IMG/VR virus record: IMGVR_UViG_3300018089_000004
Location: 1 to 34,388 of that record
Strand: one strand, 5' to 3'
Source: a virus
Lineage: Duplodnaviria > Caudoviricetes
DNA: 34,388 nucleotides
Positions 14,890 to 24,572 of the stretch are shown one piece after another. The position numbers and the translations under genes are program-made. The notes below the pieces were generated by a model. That model was not told the DNA's origin. It was given only the letters and a program-made list of their open reading frames with translations, and searched no databases. The number at the start of each line of letters is the position of its first letter. Position 1 is the first letter of the stretch.

Positions 14890-16138
14890 GCCCGAGGCTC
14901 AGGCCGAGGAATGGAATGAGCGCGTTGTCCAGATATACGGAGTTAAGGTGGAGACCGGCGCCGCTGAGGGCAACCTGGTTTCTCGGCACTATCCTGGTGG
15001 GGTCTTCAATGATGACCTCGTTAACAAGGATAATTCTCAGACTCGTGAGCAGAACGAGAAGATCATAACCTTCTGGAAGCTCTGCCAGTCGCTGATGCTT
15101 CCGTCGGCTATCGAGTTCATCCTTGGCACTCGATGGAGCTACGACGACCTGTACGGACACATCATGACCAAGCATCTCCGCATCCCCGAAGCGGAGTTGA
15201 AACGGTACAGGACGGAGCCCTACTTCGAGTGGCACCGCGGGCGGTATCACATGTTTCACTGCTCGTGCTGGGAGGATCCGATCAACGAAGGCGGATCGAC
15301 ATTCCCGGAGATGTTCTCGAATCGTCACATCAAAGAACTGAAGCACGAGCAGGGCGAGCTATTCGGAGGCCAGTACTTGAACGACCCGCTGGCCTTGAGC
15401 GAGTCGAAGTTCAAGGAGCGCTTCTTCGCCCATCCGTGGAAGCCCTCAGAGCTTCCGGCTAAGCGGCTTAACTTCCTGCTGTGTGATCCGGCCGGTAAGG
15501 ACAAGACTGAGTCGGACTACACGGCCCTGGTGAGCGTGGACGCCGGCGAAGACAAGGTGTGCTACATCAAGTCAGCGGTCCGGAAGAAGCTCACGGACAA
15601 GGAAGCCTGCGAGTGGATCATCAAGACGGCGATCCAGGACCGGCCGGTGGGGATTGGGATCGAGGAAAACAAGTTCGGGGCCTTTCGCGCTCTGATCGAG
15701 TTCTTGCTCCCGCAGATGAATCGAATGGGCCAGATCCCAGGCAAAGCGGCCAACTATGCCAAGAGGATCCCTCATTTACTCATCGAGCTTCACCACCACA
15801 ACCGGCCTAAGACGCTGAGAATCGGGAACCTGGCCGGCCCGTTCGAGACCAACACGCTTCGTGTGGCGGCGAGTGGGATGCAGGACCTGATCGATGAACT
15901 GTATCGGTTTCCGCTTTCACACTACGATGACGAATCGGACGCCCTGGCTTATCTGTATGATATAGTGGTGTTCCCGAGCAAGGACGAGCCCATCCCCGAC
16001 ATCCGAGAGATTCCGGAAGAGTTCAAGATGACCACCGAGGAGCGGCTGAAGAAGGAGTGGGACGAGGAGATCCCGGAAAAGAGCAGTGACGTGAGCACGT
16101 CTTACGAAGAATACGAAACAGATGAAACAGAAGCCTGA
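14471..16138 (+). CDS. terL: Terminase large subunit
   Basis: Walker A LMPRGWVKS, Walker B NDDLV, GTRWSYDDLYG, and RNase H motifs CDPAG..SDYTA and DDESDALAY. TTG start. Confidence 0.93.
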   Translation: MDLITRLTSKEWWRQKCLAPRGGLFFLCRNVLMTLESVDPGYQELHPATHQRLCTFVEQWARPGQKLLILMPRGWVKSYIVTVGWLIQRMLLDILAGKRETWIINNATLPNAVQFLDRSKYNFLANDLLRGLFSDCLPDKPEAQAEEWNERVVQIYGVKVETGAAEGNLVSRHYPGGVFNDDLVNKDNSQTREQNEKIITFWKLCQSLMLPSAIEFILGTRWSYDDLYGHIMTKHLRIPEAELKRYRTEPYFEWHRGRYHMFHCSCWEDPINEGGSTFPEMFSNRHIKELKHEQGELFGGQYLNDPLALSESKFKERFFAHPWKPSELPAKRLNFLLCDPAGKDKTESDYTALVSVDAGEDKVCYIKSAVRKKLTDKEACEWIIKTAIQDRPVGIGIEENKFGAFRALIEFLLPQMNRMGQIPGKAANYAKRIPHLLIELHHHNRPKTLRIGNLAGPFETNTLRVAASGMQDLIDELYRFPLSHYDDESDALAYLYDIVVFPSKDEPIPDIREIPEEFKMTTEERLKKEWDEEIPEKSSDVSTSYEEYETDETEA

Positions 16139-16499
16139 GAAAGCAGCGTATGCGAGACAGTGGCGGGCCAGTCACCCGGAATACCGAAAGAGAATTGCTG
16201 AAACAAGAAGAACCGCAGCGTACCGAGCGTACCGCCGGGAGTACAGGCTTCGCGTGCGTGACGCCATCATTAAAGCCTACGGGGGTATGTGCACTTGTTG
16301 CGGAGAGACCATCCCCGAGTTCTTGGCAATAGATCATATCTACAACGACGGGGCCAAGGAACGCCGGAGCATGAAGTCGGGAACTCAGTTTTATAATAAA
16401 CTTCGCAGACTGGGATACCCGAAGGATCGCTACAGATTGCTGTGCCATAATTGCAACATGGCGAGAGCATTTTACGGGAAATGCCCGCACGAGGGATAA
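16122..16499 (+). CDS. HNH endonuclease (AYGGxCxCCGE type) 1
   Basis: YGGMCTCCGE...IDHI...LLCHNCN. Confidence 0.85.
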   Translation: MKQKPEKAAYARQWRASHPEYRKRIAETRRTAAYRAYRREYRLRVRDAIIKAYGGMCTCCGETIPEFLAIDHIYNDGAKERRSMKSGTQFYNKLRRLGYPKDRYRLLCHNCNMARAFYGKCPHEG

Positions 16500-16510
16500 C
16501 GGAGGCCTAA

Positions 16511-16894
16511 GTGGGAAACGAAGGACTGATGGTTGAACTGGCGCTCATTGCGCTGGTCGTCATTCACGACCTGATTTGGAACAGGCGGTTCGACAAGCTG
16601 CTGGATCGTTTCATGGCTAGGGACCTGAAAGAGTTTCAGTATTTCCAGAAGAAGTACGACAACGACGTCCAGGCCGTGGAGGATGTTAGGAAACACGACA
16701 AGAAGAAGTTGGCTATTCTTACAGAGCAGATGAAGAAGGATCACGAGGAAGAGCAGCGGGCAGCCCTTGAGGAAGAGGATGCCTTCGATGCCGAGGAAGC
16801 CAGTCTATATCAAGCCACGCTGCGGAGAGTCCCGCTGAAGCCCGGCGCCGTCGCCGAGAAGGAGAGCGGGGAAGAGCAAGAGCCGGAGTTGTAA
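16511..16894 (+). CDS. Hypothetical protein with N-terminal hydrophobic helix
   Basis: Starts at GTG 16511 (GGAGG) or ATG 16529; acidic C-terminus. Confidence 0.7.
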   Translation: MGNEGLMVELALIALVVIHDLIWNRRFDKLLDRFMARDLKEFQYFQKKYDNDVQAVEDVRKHDKKKLAILTEQMKKDHEEEQRAALEEEDAFDAEEASLYQATLRRVPLKPGAVAEKESGEEQEPEL

Positions 16895-17238
16895 TGGCAC
16901 ACTACCGGGTATCTGCCGAACACAGATTAAAATTACACCGCGAGGCCGACCGGCGCTGGCAGAAAAGACACGGGGCCGAGTATCTTCAGAAAATTCGCAA
17001 ACTTGCCCTAGACGCCTACGGCGGTCGCTGTGTCTGTTGTGGCGAAACAGAACTAAAGTTTCTGGCCTTTGACCACAAGCACGGTCGCGGAGGAGCCTTT
17101 CGTAGATCTAGTCATAACAAGAGTACCGGATCTTGGTATTATAGACTGATCCGTGAGCACCCGGCCGATATTCAGATTCTGTGTCATAACTGTAATTTGG
17201 CTAAGGGCTTTTACGGTAAATGTCCCCACGAAGGATAA
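16894..17238 (+). CDS. HNH endonuclease (AYGGxCxCCGE type) 2
   Basis: YGGRCVCCGE...FDH...ILCHNCN; same FYGKCPHEG terminus as 16122-16499. Confidence 0.85.
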   Translation: MAHYRVSAEHRLKLHREADRRWQKRHGAEYLQKIRKLALDAYGGRCVCCGETELKFLAFDHKHGRGGAFRRSSHNKSTGSWYYRLIREHPADIQILCHNCNLAKGFYGKCPHEG

Positions 17239-17241
17239 ACC

Positions 17242-19362
17242 ATGTCTGCTGACACGTATGGGTTCGTAGAATCGCAGTCGGGATATTCTGGCAGTACCAT
17301 ATCTATGCGTGGCATTACGCTTCACAAGATCGACCAAAAAGTTGCTCGCGGCGAAAAGCTTGATGAATCAGAAGAAGCATTTTTAATTAATAAAGTTAAC
17401 GATTTGTGGGACTATCATCCTGACGTTCTTTTTCGGTTTCCGAGGTGGAGGAAGTTCTTGGCCTGGGTCGCTGGCTACCAGTACTACACATACGAGAAGA
17501 CGACCCGCGAGCTTCAGCCGATCCCCCTGCCGAGGAAGAGGAAACTCGTCTTCAATCGGCTGAGGTCATTCGCCAGGATGCTCCTGGCTAAGCTGTGTGC
17601 TTCGACTCCAAACCTGGCGATCACGCCCAACGACGACGAGTACGACAACCAGGAAGCCGCGGAGCTTGGAGATACGGTGTTAGAGTTTTTGTCGAAAAAG
17701 ATTAAGTTCGACAAGCTTCATCGCACGTTCAAGATGTGGTACATCTTGACCAACTCTGCTTATCTGCGTGTCTTCTGGAACGAGCAGGGCGAGGGGGATC
17801 TCGGAGTTCGCGGGGTTGACAAGTTGGACGCGAACGGAAAGCCGACCGGCGAAAAGATCTACGAGAAGATGACCGAGGACGGCGAGGTTGCCATGGAGGT
17901 GGTCCCGCCGTTCAACTGCCGGCACGACCCGCTCAATTTCGAGCGAGAGAATTGGCGCTGGTTCATCTACGGATGCGAAGAAGATGCCGAGTCCATCGAG
18001 GAAGAGTACGGCCTCAAGGAAGGCATTCTTCGGGACGTAACGGACACCAAGACCGAGAACGTTTACATCCTTGAGACGACTGGAGATAAGGACTTTTCGA
18101 TCGGCACTCCCGTCAAGCAGGAGGCCATTGTCGGGCGCGTCGTGACCAGGAAGCAACTCTGGACCCCGAATATGTATGCGTACATCGCCGGGACGACGCT
18201 GCTCGAGTATGGCCAGAACCCGGATGGCGAGATCCCGTTCTTTAAGTATGAGGAGCGACTGGTCCCCATCGAGCACTACGAGAAGGGCCTCATCTACAAC
18301 GACCCGGTCATCAAGGACATGATCCCGGTCCAGCGCGAGTACAACAGGTGGAAGAGCAACATCTCCAACGCGCTCGAGCGGGCGATTAAAGTGCGCGTCC
18401 TGATGCCCTACGATTCCGGCATCAACAAGACTCATATGATCGAAGAGGCCGGGATGACGGTCATCGACTACAACCCGGAGCGGGCCAAGCCGGAGCAGCT
18501 TCATCTCGACACGCTGCCACCGTTTGTCCCAGAGTATTGTAACGACCTAGAGCGTGAGTTCGAGAGCGTGAGTAGCATCCACGAGGCCAGCTTCGGCCGG
18601 CTTCCCGAAAGGGCTAGCCACGCGTCGGGGGTTCTCGTCAACCTTCTGGTGGAGCAGGACGACGTTGTTATCGACCCGACAATTAAAGAGATGGACACAG
18701 TCTTCGCCAGTGCGTGGACGCTGGCGATGAAGATGGTCCAAAGGAACTACACGATCGCTAGGTTGATTAAGGCCGCTGGCGATATTTATGCAGACGGCGC
18801 GATCAAGTTCCGCGGGGCTGATCTCCGCGGCAATACAACCGTCTCGGTAAACTCGAACATTGGGTTGCCCAAGAGCCGGGCCCTCCGCGTGGAGTACATT
18901 ATGCAACTGCGCGATAAGGGACTTCTCAAGGATGACCAGAACACGCTCGAGTTGCTGGAGTTCGGCAATGCGCGGCGCATCTTCACGGACGCCCTCCTTG
19001 ACCGGAAGCGCGCGCTCCGCGAGAACGCCATGATCGCCGACAACCCCAACATTAGCGATGACACTAAAAAGTGGATCTACCAGTTTGAGGACTCTGCCGC
19101 TCACCTATTGATCCACAAGCGGGATCGCCTGTCCCCCAAATACGAGCGGTATACCGACGCCCAGAAGAATGCTCTCGATACTCACATTCTGGCAACGGCG
19201 CAAACGGTGGCTCAGAATGCTCAGGCGGCTCTGGGCCAGGCCCCCGCACCGGCTGGAGCAGTCCAGCCCGGGGCCCCTGCTCCGCAAGCACAACCAACCC
19301 TCCAAGAGGCTATGCCGGGACCCGCTGGCGCACCTGGCGCCGCCCAAGCCCCCATTGCGTAG
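17242..19362 (+). CDS. Portal protein
   Basis: 706 aa after TerL; VFNRLRS, PVQREYN and ASG motifs; Q/P/A-rich tail typical of P22-like portals. Confidence 0.88.
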   Translation: MSADTYGFVESQSGYSGSTISMRGITLHKIDQKVARGEKLDESEEAFLINKVNDLWDYHPDVLFRFPRWRKFLAWVAGYQYYTYEKTTRELQPIPLPRKRKLVFNRLRSFARMLLAKLCASTPNLAITPNDDEYDNQEAAELGDTVLEFLSKKIKFDKLHRTFKMWYILTNSAYLRVFWNEQGEGDLGVRGVDKLDANGKPTGEKIYEKMTEDGEVAMEVVPPFNCRHDPLNFERENWRWFIYGCEEDAESIEEEYGLKEGILRDVTDTKTENVYILETTGDKDFSIGTPVKQEAIVGRVVTRKQLWTPNMYAYIAGTTLLEYGQNPDGEIPFFKYEERLVPIEHYEKGLIYNDPVIKDMIPVQREYNRWKSNISNALERAIKVRVLMPYDSGINKTHMIEEAGMTVIDYNPERAKPEQLHLDTLPPFVPEYCNDLEREFESVSSIHEASFGRLPERASHASGVLVNLLVEQDDVVIDPTIKEMDTVFASAWTLAMKMVQRNYTIARLIKAAGDIYADGAIKFRGADLRGNTTVSVNSNIGLPKSRALRVEYIMQLRDKGLLKDDQNTLELLEFGNARRIFTDALLDRKRALRENAMIADNPNISDDTKKWIYQFEDSAAHLLIHKRDRLSPKYERYTDAQKNALDTHILATAQTVAQNAQAALGQAPAPAGAVQPGAPAPQAQPTLQEAMPGPAGAPGAAQAPIA

Positions 19363-19393
19363 TCGAAAAGGAAGTTGTCGAAGGAGTCTATAA

Positions 19394-20479
19394 ATGGCAC
19401 TCGCACCAGGCGATGCAGAAGGCGTTTTGAAGGAAGAGGAACTCTCCGACGAACCGGGTGAGATGGGGTTCCGTGATCTCGAAGACGAGCATATCATGGA
19501 GTTCCACGAGGAGCCCGACGAAGAGGTAGAGCCAGCCGAATCCGGAGAAGCCGAGGAACCGGAGGACAAAGGCAAGGGCAAGGAAGCAGTAGAAGAGAAA
19601 CCGCCCGCAAAGCCCAAGGAAGTAGCGGTAGAAAAGAAGGGCGGGAAACCCGCGGAGACGACCGAAGAGGACCCGATCGTCACGCGCGTCGGCAAGGATA
19701 CGATCCTAAAGGTCAAAGGCAAGGAGTACAAGCTTTCGGAGTTCAAGCCGGAAGAGGTACAAACCTTCCTGCAGAAGGGCCTGCGATTCACGCAGCTAAC
19801 CCAAGAAACTGCAGATCGGGAACGTGCTCTTGACGAACGTGAGCGGTCCTTAAACGCATCGGCCCAGCGCCTGAATGCTCTACAGCGGACCCAGACCGAG
19901 CTAAAGCCCGGGGCAACAACCGAACAGGAATTGCCCAAGGAGCTTAAGCCCAATGATCTGGACTCCGAAGAGATGAAGGCGTTAAAATCGGTGGCCGCCG
20001 AATCGTGGAAGGCTAAACAGGCTCTGACGGCGCGGCTTGACGCGCTCGAGGGCCGGGCTAACAGTCAGCAAGTCGAAGAGGCTAGCAAGGCTTTCATCAA
20101 TGACATCGCTGCGATGAAGAAGTCGGACTATCCTCTGGCCAGCCTGGAAGAGGTCATTGCGATCCATTCCTTGCGCCCTGACATCCCGGTTAAAGAGATC
20201 GTCAAGAAAAGTCACGAGATCTATTCTTCCCGGCAACACGTGGACTCGGTACTCTCTGCCAATCCGCTCCTCCGCAAGGAGCTTAAGGACGAGATGGTGG
20301 CGGAGTACCTATCCGAACGGAAGAAAACCGGAAGTGTGGCCGGTCGGCCCTCGCCCTCGTTGGGGCGAGTGGTGCCTGCGAGAACCCCTGGCAAACAGAT
20401 TCCTCGAAACTTCGAGGAAGCTGGTAAAATGGCCAAGCGTCGAATCGCCGAGCTAGAAGCTGCGGCCGAGGAGGCTTAG
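19394..20479 (+). CDS. Capsid scaffolding protein
   Basis: Acidic disordered N-terminus, KVKGKE..L.E...QKG..FT and coiled coil; lies between portal and capsid. Confidence 0.82.
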   Translation: MALAPGDAEGVLKEEELSDEPGEMGFRDLEDEHIMEFHEEPDEEVEPAESGEAEEPEDKGKGKEAVEEKPPAKPKEVAVEKKGGKPAETTEEDPIVTRVGKDTILKVKGKEYKLSEFKPEEVQTFLQKGLRFTQLTQETADRERALDERERSLNASAQRLNALQRTQTELKPGATTEQELPKELKPNDLDSEEMKALKSVAAESWKAKQALTARLDALEGRANSQQVEEASKAFINDIAAMKKSDYPLASLEEVIAIHSLRPDIPVKEIVKKSHEIYSSRQHVDSVLSANPLLRKELKDEMVAEYLSERKKTGSVAGRPSPSLGRVVPARTPGKQIPRNFEEAGKMAKRRIAELEAAAEEA

Positions 20480-20502
20480 GCCAACAAACACAGGAGATCT
20501 AA

Positions 20503-21783
20503 GTGGCTGGACAGGAATATCAGTACATCAGTGACATCCTGAAGGAGTTCTACACTCCTGTCATCGTCAACCAGATGTACAAAAAGAGCCCCGTGTGGGC
20601 TCTTCTCAAGAAGAAGACCGCTCCTTACGCCGGCAAGCGCGTTGTTATCCCGGTTCGGGTGGCCTTCACGGAAGCTGTCGGCGCTCTCGCTGCCAACAAT
20701 TACACCCTCATGAGCGCACAGCGGAACACCTACGATCAGGCCTGGATCCTCATGAAGAGGAACTACGGTCGGGTCATGGTGGACGGTTTCTCCATCGAAG
20801 CGGCCAAGGGCAAGGGCGGCTGGATCGACGTCCTGCAGGGGGAAATCGAGGGCAACCTCGATGCCTTCGCGCTGGACGTTGACCGGCAGCTAATGGCCGA
20901 TGGCTCTGGCGTTCTCGGTATCGCTCTGACGACCGGTTCGTACAGCGCTGTCATCACTGGCCCCGCCAATCTGATGGGGGACATCAACCCGACAGCGGCC
21001 AAGTGGTTCCGAAAGGGCCAGTTGGTCGATGTCTACGCGAGCAACAAGACCTCGTACAAGGGCTATGCCCAGGTTTCCTCGGTCGTTCCCAGCACGCACA
21101 CCGTCAACTTCGCCGCGGCCCCCTCGGGCGGGGCGCTGGCTGACGGTGACTACTTCTTTAAGAAGGGAACCTACGAGTCGTCTACGGCGAACGGCGAGAT
21201 GGTCGGCCTTGAAGGCATCATCAGTGCGGGAAATCTTAACGGTGGCTCGGACTTCGAGAACATTGACGCCTCTGCCGAAATCACCTGGCGGTCCCAGGTC
21301 TTCAACATCGCCTCCCTCGCCCGCCCCACCGGGACCAACAAGCCCTCGACCACAACCCTCACGGAAGCCGACATCCAGGCCGACCTGGACGCGATCGACA
21401 ACTACAGTGCTGGCGAGCCTGTAGACATCGCGATCATGACCAAGGCTCTCCGCAATAAGCTCATCGCAGACCAGAAGCTCGCCTACCGAACGGAAGTCAT
21501 CGAACTCAACGCCGGCTGGAAAGCCATCAAGTACTCCGGCGGAGACGTGGAACTCCCGATCATGGGCATCAAGATGTGCCCGACCGGCCGCGTCTATTAT
21601 CTCTCTCAGCCTCATCTCGCCCTCTACGTCCTCAAGGCGTTGCAGTGGGATGACAAGCTGGGCGGGGTAATCAAGGGTATCGCCGGCATGGACGCCTATG
21701 AAGCGTGGTTCAAGATCTACAGCAACATGGGCACAAACTGCCGGAACTCGATGGGCAAGTCGTTCGGTTACACGACTAGCTAA
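20503..21783 (+). CDS. Major capsid protein
   Basis: 426 aa after the scaffold; ILKEFY.P.IVNQ N-terminus; strongly biased codon usage; AGGAG SD with GTG start. Confidence 0.88.
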   Translation: MAGQEYQYISDILKEFYTPVIVNQMYKKSPVWALLKKKTAPYAGKRVVIPVRVAFTEAVGALAANNYTLMSAQRNTYDQAWILMKRNYGRVMVDGFSIEAAKGKGGWIDVLQGEIEGNLDAFALDVDRQLMADGSGVLGIALTTGSYSAVITGPANLMGDINPTAAKWFRKGQLVDVYASNKTSYKGYAQVSSVVPSTHTVNFAAAPSGGALADGDYFFKKGTYESSTANGEMVGLEGIISAGNLNGGSDFENIDASAEITWRSQVFNIASLARPTGTNKPSTTTLTEADIQADLDAIDNYSAGEPVDIAIMTKALRNKLIADQKLAYRTEVIELNAGWKAIKYSGGDVELPIMGIKMCPTGRVYYLSQPHLALYVLKALQWDDKLGGVIKGIAGMDAYEAWFKIYSNMGTNCRNSMGKSFGYTTS

Positions 21784-21809
21784 GCGGACCTCCAGTTTCC
21801 CCATAGCAA

Positions 21810-21844
21810 CCCGGGGATCACCCCGAACGTGGGTGGTCCCCGGG
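21810..21844 (+). promoter_or_regulatory. Stable hairpin after the capsid gene (mRNA stabiliser or processing site)
   Basis: CCCGGGGATCACCC-cgaacgt-GGGTGGTCCCCGGG; no U tract. Confidence 0.5.
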
Positions 21845-21864
21845 CTCTGCGCTAAGGAGGGACA

Positions 21865-22599
21865 ATGGCCGACAAGATCTTAACCGACTCCCTGGAATGG
21901 AAAGATGTTCTTACAGTCATGGAGCGCAACAGCGCTGTCTTGACCGGACCGACCGGCCCGTCGGTCACGGGTCCCACTGGCCCTCATGTCACCGGGCCTA
22001 CTGGAGCATCCTCGACCGTAACGGGGCCTACCGGCCCCAGCATTACCGGTCCGACCGGTCCGTCCGTTACTGGCCCAACCGGGCCCGGGATTACCGGACC
22101 AACCGGACCGACTGTAACCGGCCCAACGGGGCCGTCTGTGACTGGTCCCACTGGAGCAGCCTCTACCGTAACCGGCCCGACTGGTCCGTCGATCACCGGT
22201 CCTACCGGAGCAGCTTCTACCGTTACCGGCCCTACCGGACCGGATAATGCCACCCTTACCGGTCCTACCGGTCCGTCTGTCACCGGTCCTACCGGTCCGT
22301 CTGTTACCGGTCCGACCGGGGCGGCATCGACTGTCACTGGACCTACGGGACCCGGACTGACCGGCCCTACCGGAGCAGCTTCTACCGTTACCGGCCCTAC
22401 CGGCCCCGGTATCACTGGGCCAACTGGTCCATCCGTTGCTCCTCAGTCTCCGGAGCACCTGGGCGCTGACCTTCAGGTTGACTATGCCGCCACAGATTTC
22501 GCCGCAGAACCCGGCGCCATCGCTGAGGCTATTAACGCCACGAACAAGCGTATCAACGACTTTGTGGAAGCGATGGTCGATCTGGGCCTACTCTCGTAA
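21865..22599 (+). CDS. Collagen-like (TGPTGPS repeat) virion protein, possible head fibre
   Basis: About 18 GPTG-containing repeats flanked by short helical ends; follows the capsid gene. Confidence 0.8.
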   Translation: MADKILTDSLEWKDVLTVMERNSAVLTGPTGPSVTGPTGPHVTGPTGASSTVTGPTGPSITGPTGPSVTGPTGPGITGPTGPTVTGPTGPSVTGPTGAASTVTGPTGPSITGPTGAASTVTGPTGPDNATLTGPTGPSVTGPTGPSVTGPTGAASTVTGPTGPGLTGPTGAASTVTGPTGPGITGPTGPSVAPQSPEHLGADLQVDYAATDFAAEPGAIAEAINATNKRINDFVEAMVDLGLLS

Positions 22600-22603
22600 T
22601 CTG

Positions 22604-22636
22604 AGGGGAGGGCTTCGGCCCTCCCCTTTTCTTTTT
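22604..22636 (+). terminator. Rho-independent terminator
   Basis: AGGGGAGGGC-TTCG-GCCCTCCCCT followed by TTTCTTTTT. Confidence 0.9.
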
Positions 22637-22647
22637 GGAGGGGAAAC

Positions 22648-23154
22648 ATGGTCATTGAACCGCCGCGGTGGTTCAGGCGCGAGCTATGGGTTGAGAATCA
22701 CGGCTTATTTGTCGTGTGGGACCAGCGCAGGAAGCGCTGGACGATCCGGGCGTGGGCTCAGAAAAGTCCTCGCAGGACGGCCTCGCGGCCGGACTGGATC
22801 GACAAGAGCGTTATCATCACGACCGTGTGTTTTCGCGATGGTGGCGGACATGACATCGGCTTCAAGCCCTTGGATAGCCGGGCTCTCTACGCACTGAGAC
22901 GGTCCCGGTGGCTTGGCGAAGGCGTCGGTCGTGCTCAAATGGAAATCGACTCCGCCAACGAGAAGTTGGAGAAGGAGTTCGACGACCTCATCCGGACGGC
23001 GAGTCGGGATGCGGTCATAGATGCTTTCAAGCACTTTGACACGGTGTCAGTGTACGGAGGCGTCACTACCCCGATCCGGTACAAGAAACCGGATCCTGTA
23101 AGACACATGGAAGAGGTGGCCGAGTCGGCCATGGAGACGGTGGAGACGCTATGA
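22648..23154 (+). CDS. Hypothetical virion-associated protein
   Basis: 168 aa; GGAGG SD; ATGA overlap with the next gene. Confidence 0.75.
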   Translation: MVIEPPRWFRRELWVENHGLFVVWDQRRKRWTIRAWAQKSPRRTASRPDWIDKSVIITTVCFRDGGGHDIGFKPLDSRALYALRRSRWLGEGVGRAQMEIDSANEKLEKEFDDLIRTASRDAVIDAFKHFDTVSVYGGVTTPIRYKKPDPVRHMEEVAESAMETVETL

Positions 23155-23786
23155 CAGACGTAGAGTTTGAAAATCTCTGTCGGATGTGGTTGAACGACGT
23201 GGATAAGTCGTTCTGGACCGATGCCGACTTTGTCATCATGAAGAAGACGGCTCTCCAGACCGTTTTCGATAAGTGGGCCCTCATGCTCGAGCCGGCCTAC
23301 GGAGATAACGTCACCTTTGACGTCACACCGAATACCATGTCGTATGACCCCCTGGTCATTGCCCCGACGTGTTATAAGATCTTGCGCCTGGAGGTGGCCG
23401 AGACAGGGGACAAGATCCACTATGTCTGGCGGAATCAACTGTTCTTCTACGAGAAGATGAATGCGGCACCTCCGACTAATTGGACATTCCAGGCCAAGAA
23501 GATCCGGCTTTTCCCGGTCTCTCAAGTCCTGATCCCCGGCTATCTCCGCATGCACTTTATGCCCAAGTTTGCCACCCTGGCGGACTATCCCGATTGCTTG
23601 CACTCCGTGGCAGCTATGGAGCTTGTTGTTTCGGCCAGGCTGAAGGACGAGAAGATCTCTCAGGATGCCAACTTTATGCTTCAGCGGTATGAAGATGCTG
23701 CTCGGCGCGCGCTGGTCCAGGCTCAGGCTCAGGAGCCTTACGTGGCCGCCCTGTTCGACGTGGCGGAGGATGTCGATGATTATTGA
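23151..23786 (+). CDS. Head-tail adaptor (tail tubular protein A-like)
   Basis: Size and position; FWTD.D, IRLFP and YPD.LH pattern typical of podoviral adaptors. Confidence 0.7.
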   Translation: MTDVEFENLCRMWLNDVDKSFWTDADFVIMKKTALQTVFDKWALMLEPAYGDNVTFDVTPNTMSYDPLVIAPTCYKILRLEVAETGDKIHYVWRNQLFFYEKMNAAPPTNWTFQAKKIRLFPVSQVLIPGYLRMHFMPKFATLADYPDCLHSVAAMELVVSARLKDEKISQDANFMLQRYEDAARRALVQAQAQEPYVAALFDVAEDVDDY

Positions 23787-24213
23787 GGATAAGAGACGCG
23801 TCAAAAGAGACTACATGTGCCGGTATAACCAGACCTCAAAAGGGAAATCCTATAACCAAGAACATTCCAAAGCGTGGTATGAGAAGCATAAGAATGATCC
23901 GGGCTTCAAAGAGCACCGTGCCGAGATATTGAAAAAGTACAAAAAAACTCACCCAGAACAACAGAAGATTTGGTGGCTCAAAAAGAAATACGGATTAACC
24001 CTGGCTGAGTATAATCAGATTCACGAACGCCAGCAAGGAGCCTGTGCTATCTGTCTCAAGTCGTTGCTTCCAGGCCTGACTCATGTAGACCATGATCACA
24101 ATACAGGGCGCGTGCGAGGTTTGCTCTGCCGGCGCTGCAATCGGGCGATTGGACTTCTTTATGACGATCTACTCATTTTAAGACACGCTATCGAATACTT
24201 AGAAAGCCGATGA
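23776..24213 (+). CDS. Endonuclease VII-family HNH endonuclease 3
   Basis: Start revised to ATG 23776. KYGLT...QQGACAIC...VDHDHNTGRVRGLLCRRCN. Confidence 0.9.
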   Translation: MIIEDKRRVKRDYMCRYNQTSKGKSYNQEHSKAWYEKHKNDPGFKEHRAEILKKYKKTHPEQQKIWWLKKKYGLTLAEYNQIHERQQGACAICLKSLLPGLTHVDHDHNTGRVRGLLCRRCNRAIGLLYDDLLILRHAIEYLESR

Positions 24214-24572
24214 TTACTAAGCCGTTTGACCTTTCTATGCAAGTTCTGTTCGCTCTTCAGGACTTGAAAAATAGAAAGGTCACTCGGGAGAGAAGGGATT
24301 CTCTAGCCCTGGAACTTCGCTCAGACCTTAGAGAGGCACGTCTCCTAATTGAAAGCCTCGGGTTTAAGGCCGTACTTGGCGTAATCGATTATATCAAATG
24401 CCCCGACGTTCCAAGGCGACCGACTAGAAAAGAATCCTTACGCCTGGAGACTCTTCGGGATAGTCTCGACAGGTGGAGTGTTCTTGTGCCAAAGAGTACC
24501 CAGGATATTTTAGAAGAGCAGGCGATCTCTGATCCAATTATTCAGGCAGTGCCGGAGAACGCGATTGTATAA
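24210..24572 (+). CDS. Hypothetical protein
   Basis: 120 aa; overlaps both neighbours; AT-richer codon usage. Confidence 0.65.
   Translation: MITKPFDLSMQVLFALQDLKNRKVTRERRDSLALELRSDLREARLLIESLGFKAVLGVIDYIKCPDVPRRPTRKESLRLETLRDSLDRWSVLVPKSTQDILEEQAISDPIIQAVPENAIV

Noticed and set aside
16122-17238. Group I introns or inteins hosting the HNH genes
   Set aside because: The flanking genes (terL, portal, adaptor, nozzle) are intact single ORFs, and the HNH genes abut their neighbours with no room for an intron core.
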